DNA of 64,000 nucleotides from Paraphysomonas bandaiensis. Its lineage: Eukaryota > Protista > Chrysophyceae. The translations under genes were made by a program, and so were the position numbers. The notes under the pieces are model-generated. The model was not told where the DNA came from and searched no databases. It saw nothing but the letters and a program-made list of their open reading frames with translations. The stretch lies in NCBI GenBank assembly GCA_965644295.1, contig CBFFRP010000378.1, forward strand, positions 124,001 to 188,000. Reading direction: 5' to 3'. This document shows positions 12,001-21,589 of this stretch, piece by piece (position 1 is the stretch's first letter; every line of letters begins with the position of its first letter).

Positions 12001-13023
12001 AAAATGTCTAGATTCTTGGCAGCAATTCACCTTATCTGTAGCTGTTACAGTCACCTCCAGAGTTCCATCTTGAGGTGAAGATATCAACGAGGATACATCG
12101 CGATTATACTCACAATCAAAAAATTTCCTTCCGTAACCTGGCGAAGGAGAACAGTATGTACTAATGTTTACATCATTTACAGCAATTCTGTTGATGTACT
12201 CATTGATGTCATTGAAGTCCGTATTGAAAACTTCGACTCGTAGATATACATGGGGAAAACTGTTTAAGCCGCTAAATGATGTCGTCACTCCAGCGGTCAC
12301 GTCGTTCGTCTTTCCGTTCCATATTTTTAGAAAGTCATGCATAAGAGAAGGAAAGGACGTGCTTGGTTCAGAGCTTGGCATTGAAGTGGGGCTACTAGAT
12401 GTAGGTGAACAAGAAATTGAAGGAGAAGAAGTTGGGAGAGCAGATGGCACACCACTGGGCCTAGACGATGGTAGAGATGTGGGAACATGGGAAATGGTTG
12501 GCATAACAGATGGAATCGAAGAAGGTAAGAAAGATGGTGTGCTACTGGGTTGAGAGGTCGGCATCAGCGTCGGATCGAGTATCGAAGTCAAAGTATACCG
12601 GACGTACAACACATATCCACGGTAAGGATGTAAATTAACAAATGAGCTTGCCGTAGTAGTTATCTCTAAGGAACTATCAGTAGTATTGACATCGGAACTA
12701 ATGTCTACATCTTTTAAACATACATAATATCCATTTCCAAAGTCAGTGCTCGGATCACATCTCGATGACTGTACTCTTGAATTCACAATAATCGCATTAA
12801 CATACTCCAAATTGTTAGAAAAATCAGTTTCATATACTTCTACTTTAAGATATGTGATGCTTTCATTGCTTATATTATGAAATTTATATATTACACCTTC
12901 TTCTACATTGTTTGTACCACCAGACCACTGAGCTATCAGTTCAGATGATACACAAGAGTATGTGAGAGCAAAGAGAAACCATAATAATATAGTCATTATA
13001 TGATCTCTTAATGCTAAACCCAT
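1..13023 (-). CDS. Giant secreted/surface repeat protein (>4,330 aa, runs off the window start) with PS/PT-rich linkers, six glycine-rich cassettes and beta-rich regions
   Basis: In-frame ATGs at 13023 and 12996 (MTILLWFLFALTYSCVSSELIAQW, signal-peptide-like). The frame was open at every point checked (1-60, 3061-3180, 7081-7140, 9481-9570). The ORF track lists no stop-terminated minus ORF in this frame, as expected if there is no stop before position 1. Example cassette: GGSHAGRGG...PYGS..WP..SGSGGG...GGNGGGVVVI...ELDGEIVSDG..G.SGGGGGAGGSISI. Confidence 0.9.
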   Translation of the reverse strand, partial: MGLALRDHIMTILLWFLFALTYSCVSSELIAQWSGGTNNVEEGVIYKFHNISNESITYLKVEVYETDFSNNLEYVNAIIVNSRVQSSRCDPSTDFGNGYYVCLKDVDISSDVNTTDSSLEITTTASSFVNLHPYRGYVLYVRYTLTSILDPTLMPTSQPSSTPSFLPSSIPSVMPTISHVPTSLPSSRPSGVPSALPTSSPSISCSPTSSSPTSMPSSEPSTSFPSLMHDFLKIWNGKTNDVTAGVTTSFSGLNSFPHVYLRVEVFNTDFNDINEYINRIAVNDVNISTYCSPSPGYGRKFFDCEYNRDVSSLISSPQDGTLEVTVTATDKVNCCQESRHFLLVRYTISAYALPTSYPTSMPTSQPSVSPIPTNAPVFHPSCLPTYVPSISPSYSHFPSCLPSGDPSHVPSLIPSSCPTGNPSSLPSSIPSVAPTTSEPTLNSEFALQWEGGTNHVTEGVRHTFRGLTGFSAVYLRVEVLANDYSDPTTEYISLISANSEVLSTYCNPGTDKSDTFYTCIYDVNVASAVEERTGELTVLVRATDKVNSYSYGGYLLYVKLSLSYAMLPTSQPSSLPSGEPTGQPTSQPTSTPTVEPTSWPSLVPSSDPSSEPSALPSGQPSGEPSTSPSSYPSCVPSSMPTSSAPSILPTFEDSSPYVWIGGNTGGIWNSGDNWNRRQPPKNDSDVFIFISNNETVFVTEPVFVSSIVLHGEGRVELSAHSSITVSRFFNFSGGQLTAPSPGSALHSLNTTVLSGNSRKILKNITFWNYGLLEWMGGDFIVANSTIENTATGIFQIDPVDVTAELVMRAAASWYDYEEYKSMVLNTEVNLEYTLPAEHAVYDLLVDGVVRVTTATNSDEIWSLNVARNKKTSAFYANSVGYPTEYRYDTYNMSLGDVDVDKCADMCNQLQWCKSFDYFAHDMYCYLSYFHAHDIGGISDVARYHFSASHFEYVEGRGSTVSDSVIVNHGSIFIDGGNVYVDAALQLHDDSTLSLTAGSDVTLARGGSSTEGAVIELCQSNLTFSGHSFDMNNRTLVKKSCNYDSYEAVVIFSSGSHTASCNMINISVELTDTAAVEMPGNIQSSLTRLLVTSLSTLTWTSHNAITIPSVVIVGGGYLLTPSVELDAISIVVGKDSGISSSGRGFAAAAGHAAGVNHSFSASGGSHAGRGGSGIVDTSGTPYGSAYWPIESGSGGGIGGFSNSGGNGGGVVVIVSSKFELDGEIVSDGASGISGGGGGAGGSISINSTSFTGAGVMSARGGDGGYSGGNIAGGGGSGGRMAVHTKSLGFDGSFDVSGGFRPLTYGVETEMASCGSIYFSFGYNLSDTGSKWVNSLVFSSQKVSGILDNLILGSPLPESEILSETQSHSRRETVVYDDIDALDLNPVDIHIVGRTTVQLTEAYSTEMQSLTIGNVIASVRDTDMATMKVGYYTGLEFSSDELLLLDVSFHVFNTSLDSTTIVIVGDNSELVLLDTRGLEFQIATLSLKPGGSMLFRNASIVLSGSSLVLDGAEILVCDMRSAISYNDINITSTAIRGKSGLRCDETPNATVALSTTLSLIYTESASTISSTLILNSMSLVNYGNLTMSDAITSFDVTSSLHNYGTIISNGNVLLTSGEDSPVLFDSYEFSCTIPSEAYLYDSNASLFIQQPSGSMVVSSGGSLTLNVMSDIQGDINVLGSMNIAAGGACSGPCSIHVQAGTNVSFTGNKIFTFQEVSSVFSGDGTVDIQGIVRLPASVNATPVLSVTDGCLLMNTFPLYHVEEILVAGSGAVHVENETTIDRISIYNGTLDIHVTNVTVLAVLNMSGGMITGNGGLNIAASSTMNILEPNSQNITILGVTLHNYGVISAQSNIAYWGRNGIVRNFGVITFEGSGEMEWRIAPDIFTFQRMATTELSSWEGVWNIMDSTLNHCASQCLHNDWDVYRAGGAHHHFRDTYSCQAFSFNVALRSCRIHIIAPNDDLLLDDSSRGAYSWDLYSKKLSWVGNTTIENMNGGVIAISDSVTSAKIDVQVENSGVLSISENTTVTVDGRFVQSMEGECAVNGTLRFGAAGSSIDGIFSGAGPVHFTRAGKHTIDAAVDMSNRSMYVTESAELRIGEGVGVFTGGVVNIDGGHMKISDPVAFTCNTFRILNNGSLSSNRDTIMSDSNGFDCGNPICGDATITVSTLFLDSNGSMHFAMPRITANTIYVSSTSQISGNGRGYALSNVVGRAVWSGVYRFLGSSGGSHGGVGGYGFTSPPVQTTESVYGNIFVPETWGAPGGGNIQNNDTSASSAGGGAIYIYTTNLTVEGHIDYGGGTPHNSLRGGGGGGSIYIEASCISGTGYILARGGDGGIEVNNEFARGGGGGGGRISIKYSERDNYTGIISAAGGNGYHAGSAGTVYWKYNGTNHSEIDSGGELIFDNDGRISRVASLLYDAASPYGSLASVSVLQSATVNIMTFGATIRTQQIIGDNSGKVFLSNNTILSVNISLNYGHFYFSDVTLVVLDATLDVTDVNVLTNGHMLLSELGNTKGSPRGTYNFTGLNIANLGEVVLHYTNTTVCDDTSLIIELNVINLNVAEGGVVHSDGYGYPGVDIRQPHSISQSTSGLGYGEFGHLGAGGGAYGGYGGNGLSASGGTPHGNFTLPRSCGSGGGGSHKGGVGGRGGGIIFISSSTLRVDGAVSADGNPGSGRSGTGGGSGGSIYIRTDSLQGSGTIRANGGQGTYSQVSFGGGGSGGRIAIRLNSSVDEFTGNITAFGGTSSYVPVDNGERQARIDMESDILQWLAATAQRAASGTVYKDIGLKTMTGTRTLIADNDDWYSVSMDFVVEASINSSAVNATYDYISSLYNFTLPSASTVIEMVEGQITNLQILGSANLNIAASSMLLVSGCVTCYSGGIVTIPYGSTMVMSDPSCGVGGYVLDVKGTLRTPRTLLLSGNSVLNVYGNSSVCEANSAEEFCTPGVFNVSVVNITENSGIVLVGSDVLTREQDPIMYLVCDELHLTGSRTYISADRQGYAGAPAGNDQIISDTDLVTEVRYQARGNLTYGDGGWHAGLGGSVDNSRSYAPYGSAYRPLRRGSGGGSTYTHRGGAGGGIIHITAINGMYIDGSISANGEECTTGGLIGTGSGGGAGGSIWITVQNGYLLGDGVISAIGGDGCMHGGGGGAGGRVAVYDSERLKSFNGTIAVHSGWQAASFVSSNGFVIHPAGGTLFTAYPDSSDGILVASNGGTQGGVAAASGSEQTYSEASVYLNQIVLGDLSGLSFELHSRIIVDEIVSLENSFPYLQRMFSKNWTSSGFGYLELSNHVEMFITTDFTVDGFNVDVTSAVIKISGNTTIGLNASLSITWNETHISSLSPSLETFFPSSIPSSQPTSLPSTQPTSLPTVTFSPTSLPSGQPTCLPSSRFPTSVPSISYGPTSQPSMLPSTTPSGTPSSSCPSVIPSSMPSYSPTTTHSPTTSPTNIPSFIVNPTSLPSGEPSCKPTFAPSELPTSAPSAPSMTPSSQPSISSFPTSTPSSAPSSCPSEHPTLVPTKFYSDFSGELSFYDLQIMSGGKFNLKPLNDLYPSSLELTCVSLTIHDGGAIVGDSVVLPRTTDWSGTAVSDKSSAYFAYGRASNGYTGGAGGGHAGEGSPGMDNASPGMARGYATDPKGCGGAGGAGPLGSAGSGGSGLYITVLEDLELNGTISSSGGDAPLLSGGGGGAGGSIVIDVRGSFRGIGTISANGGHGSVLSALYGGGGSAGRIKIDACLDHFHGTVSALGGLSVNAVSDYQVVSGAAGTVLLSNLNCISESPKYRNLHVISWENFSTYANEELSDFVELLSNATQVESTAPTTYFFANDTYGIEHRANNTFDLVEVSNSQAHIEFSGVGIISATRIIGTHGTMVDIGEHVRWRPLADITISNYTLRLSGDLDSDDNTCLNLILSQGANFVIGENSKHIRSGTQSDSFCFNDVYLTDSVIRGRIVNITARSVSLSGRSSISSSGLGYTGGVAGGAQGEGPGGGYGGDTGGSGGGHGGEGMPGINAYYRESTSYISIGSGGVIPVGNISGGGATYGSHEDIPNALGSGGGSTGGNCGRGGNGGGVVWIISSRDISISSASTIESNGESVYGGGGGGAGGSVYLKTIFVYGLGKVSADGGRACAVEDSSCSLDMNSPGGNGGGGRVFVEANIYDFDGISTSCAGGLRGSSNENRMGQTYMGTIRRDTPAIALVYGSDSNGEYIDAISIVNPLVVVQSISIVSNSGMEVHGEFILAYRSQKSAKLALTTTAEVMGAVLRNLTGINELSVGRNRTSGGYMWDVTFHSVVGRISHLDVPWKFLYTLDSSKANISVTISEGTTLPNRYEDFAPLSYYGNDINEVVTLSNQ

Positions 13024-13531
13024 AAAAAGGTTGTTTGATTATAAGATTAAGTCATTATATAAGTTCACTGGACATATATGTGATATATATCAATGTATGT
13101 ACTATCAGCTATCAGATACTCTGCTGCTGTATATCAATCATGAAGTGGACATACAGACGACTGTATGTATGTATGCATGTATGGTATGGGGATTTTTTGA
13201 CACAATTCAACGCAACTTTTGGGTTCCGTTTTTTCCCTATGAATGCTGGGCCAATTTTTGGTACATTCATTGAAACCCTTAAAATATGACATTATTTCAG
13301 AAAAAGTTTGGAAAGATGGTATTTTCGAAATTCTCACACTCAATTCTACCTTTTTCTAGGACAGTAATATACGGTGCGTAGGTTTATATACATATATATG
13401 TGGCCCATCTACTCTATTACAAAGTAACGGTCCCAATGTAAACAATGTAAAAGTTCTGTTTGCTACACAAAGACACTGATTCAACTTGTAAATACTTTTC
13501 TTGTCTTTTACTGATCCCTCGATCATATTTC

Positions 13532-14288
13532 ATGGACGAAGAAACTCTGAACGCATTCGCGACTAAAATAGCAGTGCACTGCCAAAAGACTGCACGTGGT
13601 ATTAAAGCCAGAGATAAAGCGCAAATCAAGCGATGGGAAAGAGCTAATATTGCAGCCTATCGTATTCAGGTACTTAATCCGACTAATATTGTATCAACCC
13701 TAATCATGATTAATGCAGGCCGCTTTTCGAAACTGGAGGATGTTGCAGTTCACAAGGAAGAGGTACAAAAAAATATCTAAAAAACCTACTGAAAAAGGAC
13801 AAACATCATGGGAGAAAGTTATGACCAACAAAGCATCTCATGATGAAAAGATGAGTGCTTGGAGAAATGTTATTGAGTTACGCAGGGCATATAGCGAGTA
13901 CACGACCGAGGTGTGTATTAAAGCTCTGCTACATACAAATGGTGACCTCTCGAGTGCTCTTCCATTGCTTGGTGGAAGAGATTTTGGCTACCAAGCACGA
14001 TATGGCCCACCACTTGGTGAAAATGTGAAAGAATCTATGAATCCATACTCAAAAGTTTACCTGGCAGAAGACAGTATGGAACGGCTAATCCGGAATCCCC
14101 GAAGCATCGCAAGTCATAGCAGACGGGCACACAGACACCTGCAAGAATCATTGAATACTGGGGCCCTCTTTACTCGTGCAGCTTACGACCTAGAAAATGT
14201 AGTAATGCAGAGCTATTTCTGTAAAACATGTGTCACACAGCCAAAAAGTGGAAAGTCTCCCAAAGGGAAGAAGAGGGTGCTGAAGTAA
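13532..14288 (+). CDS. IQ-motif protein with a UBA-like segment (2 exons)
   Basis: ATG at 13532. A GT-AG intron at 13670-13718 joins AAYRIQ|AAFRNWR into an IQ-like motif; a second IQ-like motif is HCQKTARGIKAR. VCIKALLHTNGDLSSALPLL resembles a UBA helix pair. Confidence 0.6.
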
Positions 14289-15169
14289 GTAGTAGTATTT
14301 CAAACATTTATATTAGTCGTTTCCGTGCTTATGCGATGCTATTCATCAATATCTGTTTGTCTATGTGTTCTATATAATAAATTACACGCGTTATTTTGTG
14401 GAAGTTAAGTTATTTATGAATTTACATAACTGTCCATCATAGTATCGTAATACACTTTCTACATCAAGTTGTGATGTACTATGTACAACTATTGTACTAA
14501 ATCAAGTCGGAGATATCGTATTACTATTAAAGATAGTCATGTGTCAGCAAAACACTATATACGCAATGTTGTCCGTGTCAGATGCGTGTAGTTTTTAGCC
14601 TGTTGAGAACACAGATATATTCATTGAAGAAAATAGAGCGAGTGTTACCGGAGTATTTAATACCAATTACCAATTACATATCTTAGTGTAAGTGATTGAA
14701 TTTGACACTTTTGTTACGGCAAAAATATATATACTAACACATAATTTTCTTTGTCTGATGATTGATACATTCAATACAAGAAATGCGTATACTATATGAG
14801 AAAGGGTATGATTTATAAAAAATAACCTTTTTAGTTCAAGAGAGTCCATTGTCCATTGAGCGATGGGGAGGTAGTATATATTTTATTGGAGGAATGTATC
14901 TATGGTCAAAAGTAAAATATGGTATTATTATTATAAAAATATTCTCACCTTACGAATAAGCTCACTTAAACTAGTAGCTAGAACATAGTGACTCGATCCA
15001 TGGCTGAAAAAGTTTTGTATCAGTGTGGTTTTCCTTTTACAACAGTCACATTTTCCTTTTTACAACAATAGGAGAGGCCTAGTTTCGGCGAACCTCAGCT
15101 ACTTTCACTATTTCTTTAATCACTAAAGAATAACACAAGATACGTAATAACTAAGAACCATTATACTAA

Positions 15170-16965
15170 ACACTAAAGCCTAATAATTAGTTTATATTTC
15201 ACCACAAATAACAGGTCGATATTACCATATAGATACAGAGAGAGCAGAACTAGTGTAATCTTCTACATGTTATATTCTGTATTCTCTAATCAAAAAACAT
15301 TCTACCCTAATAAGCGGAATATCAAATACTTCAATTGGAATATCTATACGAAGTCCGCAGCATTTTACTCATAGATACTACGTGCTTGGGAGAGAATACC
15401 TCTGCGACCACTCTCGGTGGCCAAGCTGTATCTCCGGGTATCCAGTGGACTCATTCCTAGCTAACTTCTCTGCTCTATCTACCATTCCATCCAACATGAC
15501 ATCAACTGCATCTCTAAATGGCGGATCCCATGGAGTTTCGTCGCTAATATTAGAAAGCATATGAAGAGGAGGCATGGAATATTGCAGCCTTGGTGCCAAT
15601 TCCGCTATAGCTCTCTGTTTACGGCGAATAGTCTCCGGACTAATGTTTAACAAAAAATCCATAAACTGAAGTTTACGCGCACTAACTTGACGACCAGGGA
15701 TATTGACACTGATCTCTCGAGCAAGTTTCTCCCCAATATGCCACAGGTATTGATTGAAGAGAGAGCTAACGTGAAAAATAACAGGGATACATCCAGATAA
15801 AAGAATATCAAACAAGGCCTTACGAGCAGGGTCATCACCAGGTGGACATAGACAAAACACACTTCTCCGGTACGACGAAATGAAGTCCTTTAGGCTATTG
15901 TCCGTAGAAGAATGTGAGATTTGCAACCAGGTGCAGTTCGCGTGGGCTTGACACTGAGCAGCCATGGCTCGTCGAATCTTTGTGTGGTCTGGGTTAAGTG
16001 TCTGGGTGGCTCCAATATAAAGCGCCGGTATTGTACGTTCTGAGGCAGTGGAATCGTCCCACGGGATAGTTTTGATTCCATCCCACCAGTGGTACGAGGA
16101 GGGGAAAGGTACCGACATGAAGTTCTTCGGAGTAACAGGATCCATCCAATAGCATGTCGTCGCACAGAGTTTGCAAAATTTTGCAAGAATATCGTTGCCT
16201 CCATTTCGAGGCCAGGGATGATACATACCAAGACTCCAGAGAACTACGTGATCGGTTCCATTAGTCCTGGGGAAGTACTTTTGCCCCAAGAGATAGGACT
16301 TCAGTTCTTCTACATAGTTCGTTGAGCATCTCTTTCGAAGGCGACAGTTAGGGGATATGTAGCCATCTAAACCCATATCATAAGGAATCACAAACAAAGA
16401 AGCCTACATACAATGTCAATGAATATAATAATCTCAAAATGAATGTAGAATCAGTATGTCGTACCTCCTCTGGGTCATATGTTCTCCGCTTGCTCCGCTT
16501 TAGGCGGTTGAATATCGAGTTGAACATACTGAAATGCCACGTATTCATCATACCAGAGTCTAAGTCCAACACATTTCCCATCCCTTAATAACAGAAAACA
16601 ATAATCAGGTAAGTTTTATTGCAACTGTCGCCACTCACCAGAGTTTAGTGCATGCGAATGACTTAGATAGCCCTGATGACTGCAGTTCGCATCTGGATCA
16701 GGCCATCTCCACCAAAACTTTTGATCGAGAGGGTAAATATAAAACTTCTTATCTACTTGATGTGTTTGAATGAGTTTACTGCTGAGAGGAGTCATCTCAC
16801 TGTCTACATTCGCATGTGTGATAAACAACACCCCACACAACACAATCACATAGAAGTAAACTAGAATTAAAGTAGATAATGAACTCATGATATAACACAC
16901 AAGAAGGTGACGATACTATCACTAATAGAGGGAATGACCTGTTGATTCACCCCTTTATATGATCA
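15170..16965 (-). repeat. Left arm of a ~1.8-kb inverted segmental duplication (partner 21590-23375)
   Basis: The reverse complement matches 21590-23375, including UTRs and introns. The inner boundary is sharp at TGATCA; the outer boundary is approximate. Confidence 0.9.
15378..16888 (-). CDS. Exostosin-family glycosyltransferase (GT47), copy 1, 3 exons
   Basis: N-terminal TM anchor, then KFYIYPL, RTYDPEEA.LFVIPYD, SVFCLCPPGDDPARKALFDILLSGCIPVIF, all GT47 motifs. Confidence 0.88.
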
Positions 16966-17591
16966 TATATTGCAGGTCTCTATGATGATCATACTAAAAA
17001 ATATTAGCATATCGACATCCTTTGTATATTTTTGTTCCAAGATGCCTCTAATATTGAAACAACAATTATCTGTATTCCAGCCGTTGGTTGTGTTACATCT
17101 ATATAGAAAATTGATGCTTCAAATTATTTCCGAAAAATAAGATGCTGAGTGCCGATTTCTTGGTGTATCAAACACCATCTATTGGATGCCACACTCTAAA
17201 GTATCATTTTTAGAATATCTCCTAGTTTTTATAGGTATAAAAGCTCAGGTTTTATGAGAAAAGTCTCAAAACAAACCTAAAAATTCAATTTTTATTAAAA
17301 AATTTAAAGTTACGTTACTCGGGTTAGACTAACACATATGACCCCATTACAGTCTAGTTAAGGTATGATAACTGTGCCAGATTGAAGGGATTGATAGCTA
17401 TGATAGACATATTCACTATCCAGTGGGTATGTGATGTTGTTTGATTGATTATAATCTACTATTGCATTATCCCTCATATGGGATTGATATGATATGGAAG
17501 ATACATATATACATATATATATAGAGACAGGCGTCTACTACACTCCTCTTGTTAACTATACCTCAATCCATTGTCCGATAAAGATATACAT

Positions 17592-20303
17592 ATGATTCAT
17601 ATGCTTCAAAGTATTATTTTCTATGTGTTTTTTACACATGCATTATCCTTATCACCAACATCCACTTCACAACTGCTATTTAGAAGTCAGAGCAGGTTTG
17701 AAATTCCATTCACATCTATTGAATCTCTGATACATTCATTTCTATAGGTTTATATCAGATGAAATGTTTTTACAATCCCAGAGCTCTTATATACAATCAC
17801 TTCAACGCGACAAAAAGTATCCCTTTGTGGTGGAGTATGATAGCAACTGTGGTGGACACTGTCATGCGAACATAGAGTCCAAATGGGCGTCCAACAGTCG
17901 CTATACTGTTATCAACGCTAAGCATGGTTTAGTTTACTGTGAATTACATGCGGTGAAGTCCATACTTAAGGGAGATTTTAACGTAAGCAGCGTGCACCCG
18001 TTCTTGCCAGAAATGAAAGTGGACAGGGATGTAACTTTTGGAACATCATGCAAGGACCCATTGTCGAGAGTATATCTACTGGTTACCGTCATGAAGATGA
18101 GCGATGATGAATTATTGGAGTTTGAGACTGCGCTAATGTCTAGACCGTCCGATTTGGACATGCTGGATATCGAAAACTTACGATCCGGAAGCCCATACAG
18201 TGTGATCGGTTTCACTGTCTCTTGTGGCAGAGCTGAGTCCGCAGTTATATATTTATCCAACATGCCCCAGGTTTTGTGGGTGGAGGAAAGAAAAGAAATT
18301 AAATTGCTAATGAAGTGGGCTAATGGCGTTACTCAAAGTGGTGTCGATGAAGTTCCAGTTATTCATGCAGCGGGGCTGACTGGACTCGGTCAAATCATCG
18401 GGATTTCAGACACCGGGATCGACAACTCTTCGTGCTTTTTCCACGACCCTGATGTGAAATTTCCATACGATACTCTTAACCTTGATCACCGCAAAGTTAT
18501 TTACTATGACACGTTTGCGGACAACGTGGATTTGAATGGACATGGTACACAAGTATCTAGTGTTGCAGCTGGAAATTGCATCGACAATGCGAAGACAGCA
18601 CAGTACAACGGAGCTGCGTTTGCAGGTAAAATTTCGTTTTTTGATATTGGGAGAGACAATAAATTGATGGTGCCGTCAAACGTAAATAACCAGCTCTTGG
18701 CGGAGCAATATGATAATGGTGCCAGAGTGTTGAGTTTCTCTTGGGGTACGACTTCAAATGAATACACTGTCGACGCAAGGTAAACATTCAATACATACTA
18801 TATTGAATTTGCTTATGAAATGAACTATAGGAATGTGGATCAATTTATGTGGGATAACGCTGATGCACTAGTACTTATTGCAGCTGGTAATGACGGGGAT
18901 GAATCGGATCCCAGCAACACCGTTGGCTCCCCGGCAACGGCGAAGAACTCTGTTGCTGTTGGGGCTAGCTTAAACAGCGCCAAGAGTTGGGCAGGAATCT
19001 CTGTTGACAAGAATATTGCGGAGCATGTTAATAGGAATTCCGTGGCTGGGTTTTCTTCCAGGGGACCCACGTCAGACGGGAGGTTAAAGCCTGATGTTTG
19101 TGGTGTAGGTATGTATCTGGCGACGTATCGTATGATATTTCTTTGCCGGAGATCATATAGTATTGTCTCGTGACGTGGGTTTCCATGCATTATGTTTCTA
19201 TTTTCTCCGTGAACAGGGCTGAATTTCTATATGTACTTACAGGGTCTCTCGTGTTCACTGCAACAAATTTATTTCCCCCCTCCAGTGAGACGCACAGTTC
19301 CAGAAGTAGAGTACAGGGCACATCGTTTTCTGCTCCACTACTAGCAGGTCATGCTGCATTGGTGCGGGAGTACTTTCTATCAGGATTTTACCCTACAGGC
19401 TCGAATAGAAGCAGTGACGGTTTTGTTCCTTCTGGAGCGTTGGTGAAAGCAATGCTAATTCACGGTGCAGAGGCTTTAACGGCCATTGTGTATGATGATT
19501 ATGTCGAAACGGGTACAGTACATGGGGATTTTATTCAGGGATACGGGCGGGCACAGTTGAATAACTCGCTTAGTTTTACGAATGCTACGAGGAATGGACT
19601 TACGCTCTTTGTCATTGGGGCAGTGGACAGTGCCAATGAAAACTACGCCGAGTTCGGGGTGGCAGATTCTCCTCACGAATATTCTTTCACTGTTGCAAAT
19701 GTAACAGTTCCGAAACCAATACGCGTAACGCTTGCTTATACGGTAAGTTGAAGTCGATAATCCTCCTGTATTATGCTTTTGTCATGACTCTAATGTGACT
19801 TTCCATTGAAACGTGCACGCTTGAGTAAAGTCATTATGCTGCTGGGATATGTTAGTAATATGTCTGCGTAGGATTATCCTGGGACGTTTGGTTCCACAAA
19901 CGCTTTAATAAATGACTTGGATATTGAACTTAGCAATTCCACTCATAATTTCTACCCGATTGTGACCAATAGTGACGATATGTATGACCGGAAAAACAAT
20001 CTAGAAGTGATTGTACTACACAATCCCGCACCAGGTGGATTGTATACTGTCAAAGTTACTCCAGTATCTGTAGTAATGGGCCCACAGCCATACGCATTGG
20101 TATTATCAGGAGAAGTGGGACAGCATGAGTATACTCCACATGGAAACGATAGTGATGAGGCTAGAGGCTTCTGGCCAGTGTCACTTTATACCATAGTCAT
20201 ATTTGTTGGAGCTGTATTATTCGGCTCCGCATTAGGGTCCTTCTTTTTTCGCTTATGTTGCTCGTCGACAAAGAAGTCGGTCAACCCTCATCAAAATGTA
20301 TGA
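17592..20303 (+). CDS. Subtilisin-like serine protease (S8, KP-43/TagC-like) with signal peptide and C-terminal TM helix, multi-exon
   Basis: Catalytic motifs SDTGID, HGTQV, AAGNDG, FSSRGPTSDGRLKPD, GTSFSAP. Also PSGALVKAMLI...QGYGR and C-terminal PQPYALV followed by a hydrophobic helix. The first exon from ATG 17592 splices into the 17764 ORF. Confidence 0.92.
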
Positions 20304-21229
20304 AAATAATATACCAAAGTTTTTAGCTCCGGAAAGTATATATTTAGAACCTTAGAAGCTAAAACTATTTTGTTGTAAATAAGTAAATATATGCCAAGCA
20401 TTTCGAATTTAGTACTGTAATGATCTTATCCAAAAATAACGACTACTTACAGTAACACAATGCGTAGACATCGTAGTTATTATTTCAATTTCAATATACA
20501 TCTATAATCAATACTCCATTATCCAATTTAGATAATTACTATATTTATATTCTACATTGTTATATATCTAAATTAACCTCGCCCCGCCTGATCCTATTAA
20601 ATAAGGATATCGGATCACATAATATCCGAATGCATTGCGTGGTGTACAAGTACTATATTTCAGATACATATAAAATGTAAATGCACGAAAATACATTGTC
20701 ACTAAGAAAGTGATACTTCGAGTAGCAATACGAAGCTATAAACTCAAACGTAGTCTACTCACTATACTTTGACCAATGTCATTGTTGGTTAACAAAAGAG
20801 TTTGTAAGAAATACATCTAAGTCAAACTTTGTTAATTAAGCTTCTGTAATCCCCACATATCATGTGCACAAGATTTAGCCAATTAGAGCTACAGTTAACA
20901 CAAAAATACCACTGAATACACATACACTTGCTGTCTATCACATTGCACTTTACAGTAAACAAGAATACTATAAGACAGCATCAATCTTATGAGAGTATAT
21001 CTTATTGTAGCATGAGACATACGGATCCTATAAGTCAACATGAGGACGATCAGTTATCCTTATGAACATCTCAGAATACTCTAAGTGAAGTAAAGTTATT
21101 GAGTTTAAGGTATCTCAGATAACAATAGAACACTCATTCAGTATGTAGTGTACTCCCACAGATAGATTATATGTCCATACAAGTAAGTTAATGATATCAT
21201 GTCCAGACATGCATGACAGGAGCGAGATT

Positions 21230-21308
21230 GTACAGTCCGTGTACTCGCTCTCCTCCTCTCTATGGTACAGTCCGTGTACTCGCTCTCCCGTGTACTCTCC
21301 TCTCTATG
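21230..21308. repeat. Short imperfect tandem repeat
   Basis: GTACAGTCCGTGTACTCGCTCTCC occurs twice, plus a partial third copy. Confidence 0.7.
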
Positions 21309-21589
21309 ACAAAACTGTACTGTATAAAAACACCATAACAATCACCATTTAAAAACCCAGATTTTTGTTCTCAAAACCCATGTTTTCATTTTCAGTAGGA
21401 CTTGTTTTTATTCATAAAAATCCCAATAAATCCCTTATCCATGTTACTGCCTTAAAGGCAACAACCTAAATATCATATCGAAAATTACGGACTGAACATA
21501 CATTGTAAATCTCAGTGTAAGTATTGATGATAGATAGTGAGATATAATGATAACATTTCAATATGAATCTCATCGAAACAGATGACAAG

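Noticed and set aside
380-12553. Many short Pro-rich or Gly/Asp-rich ORFs in the track
   Set aside because: They are antisense or alternative-frame shadows of the giant minus-strand ORF (Gly codons read as Pro, PS repeats read as GD/GE).
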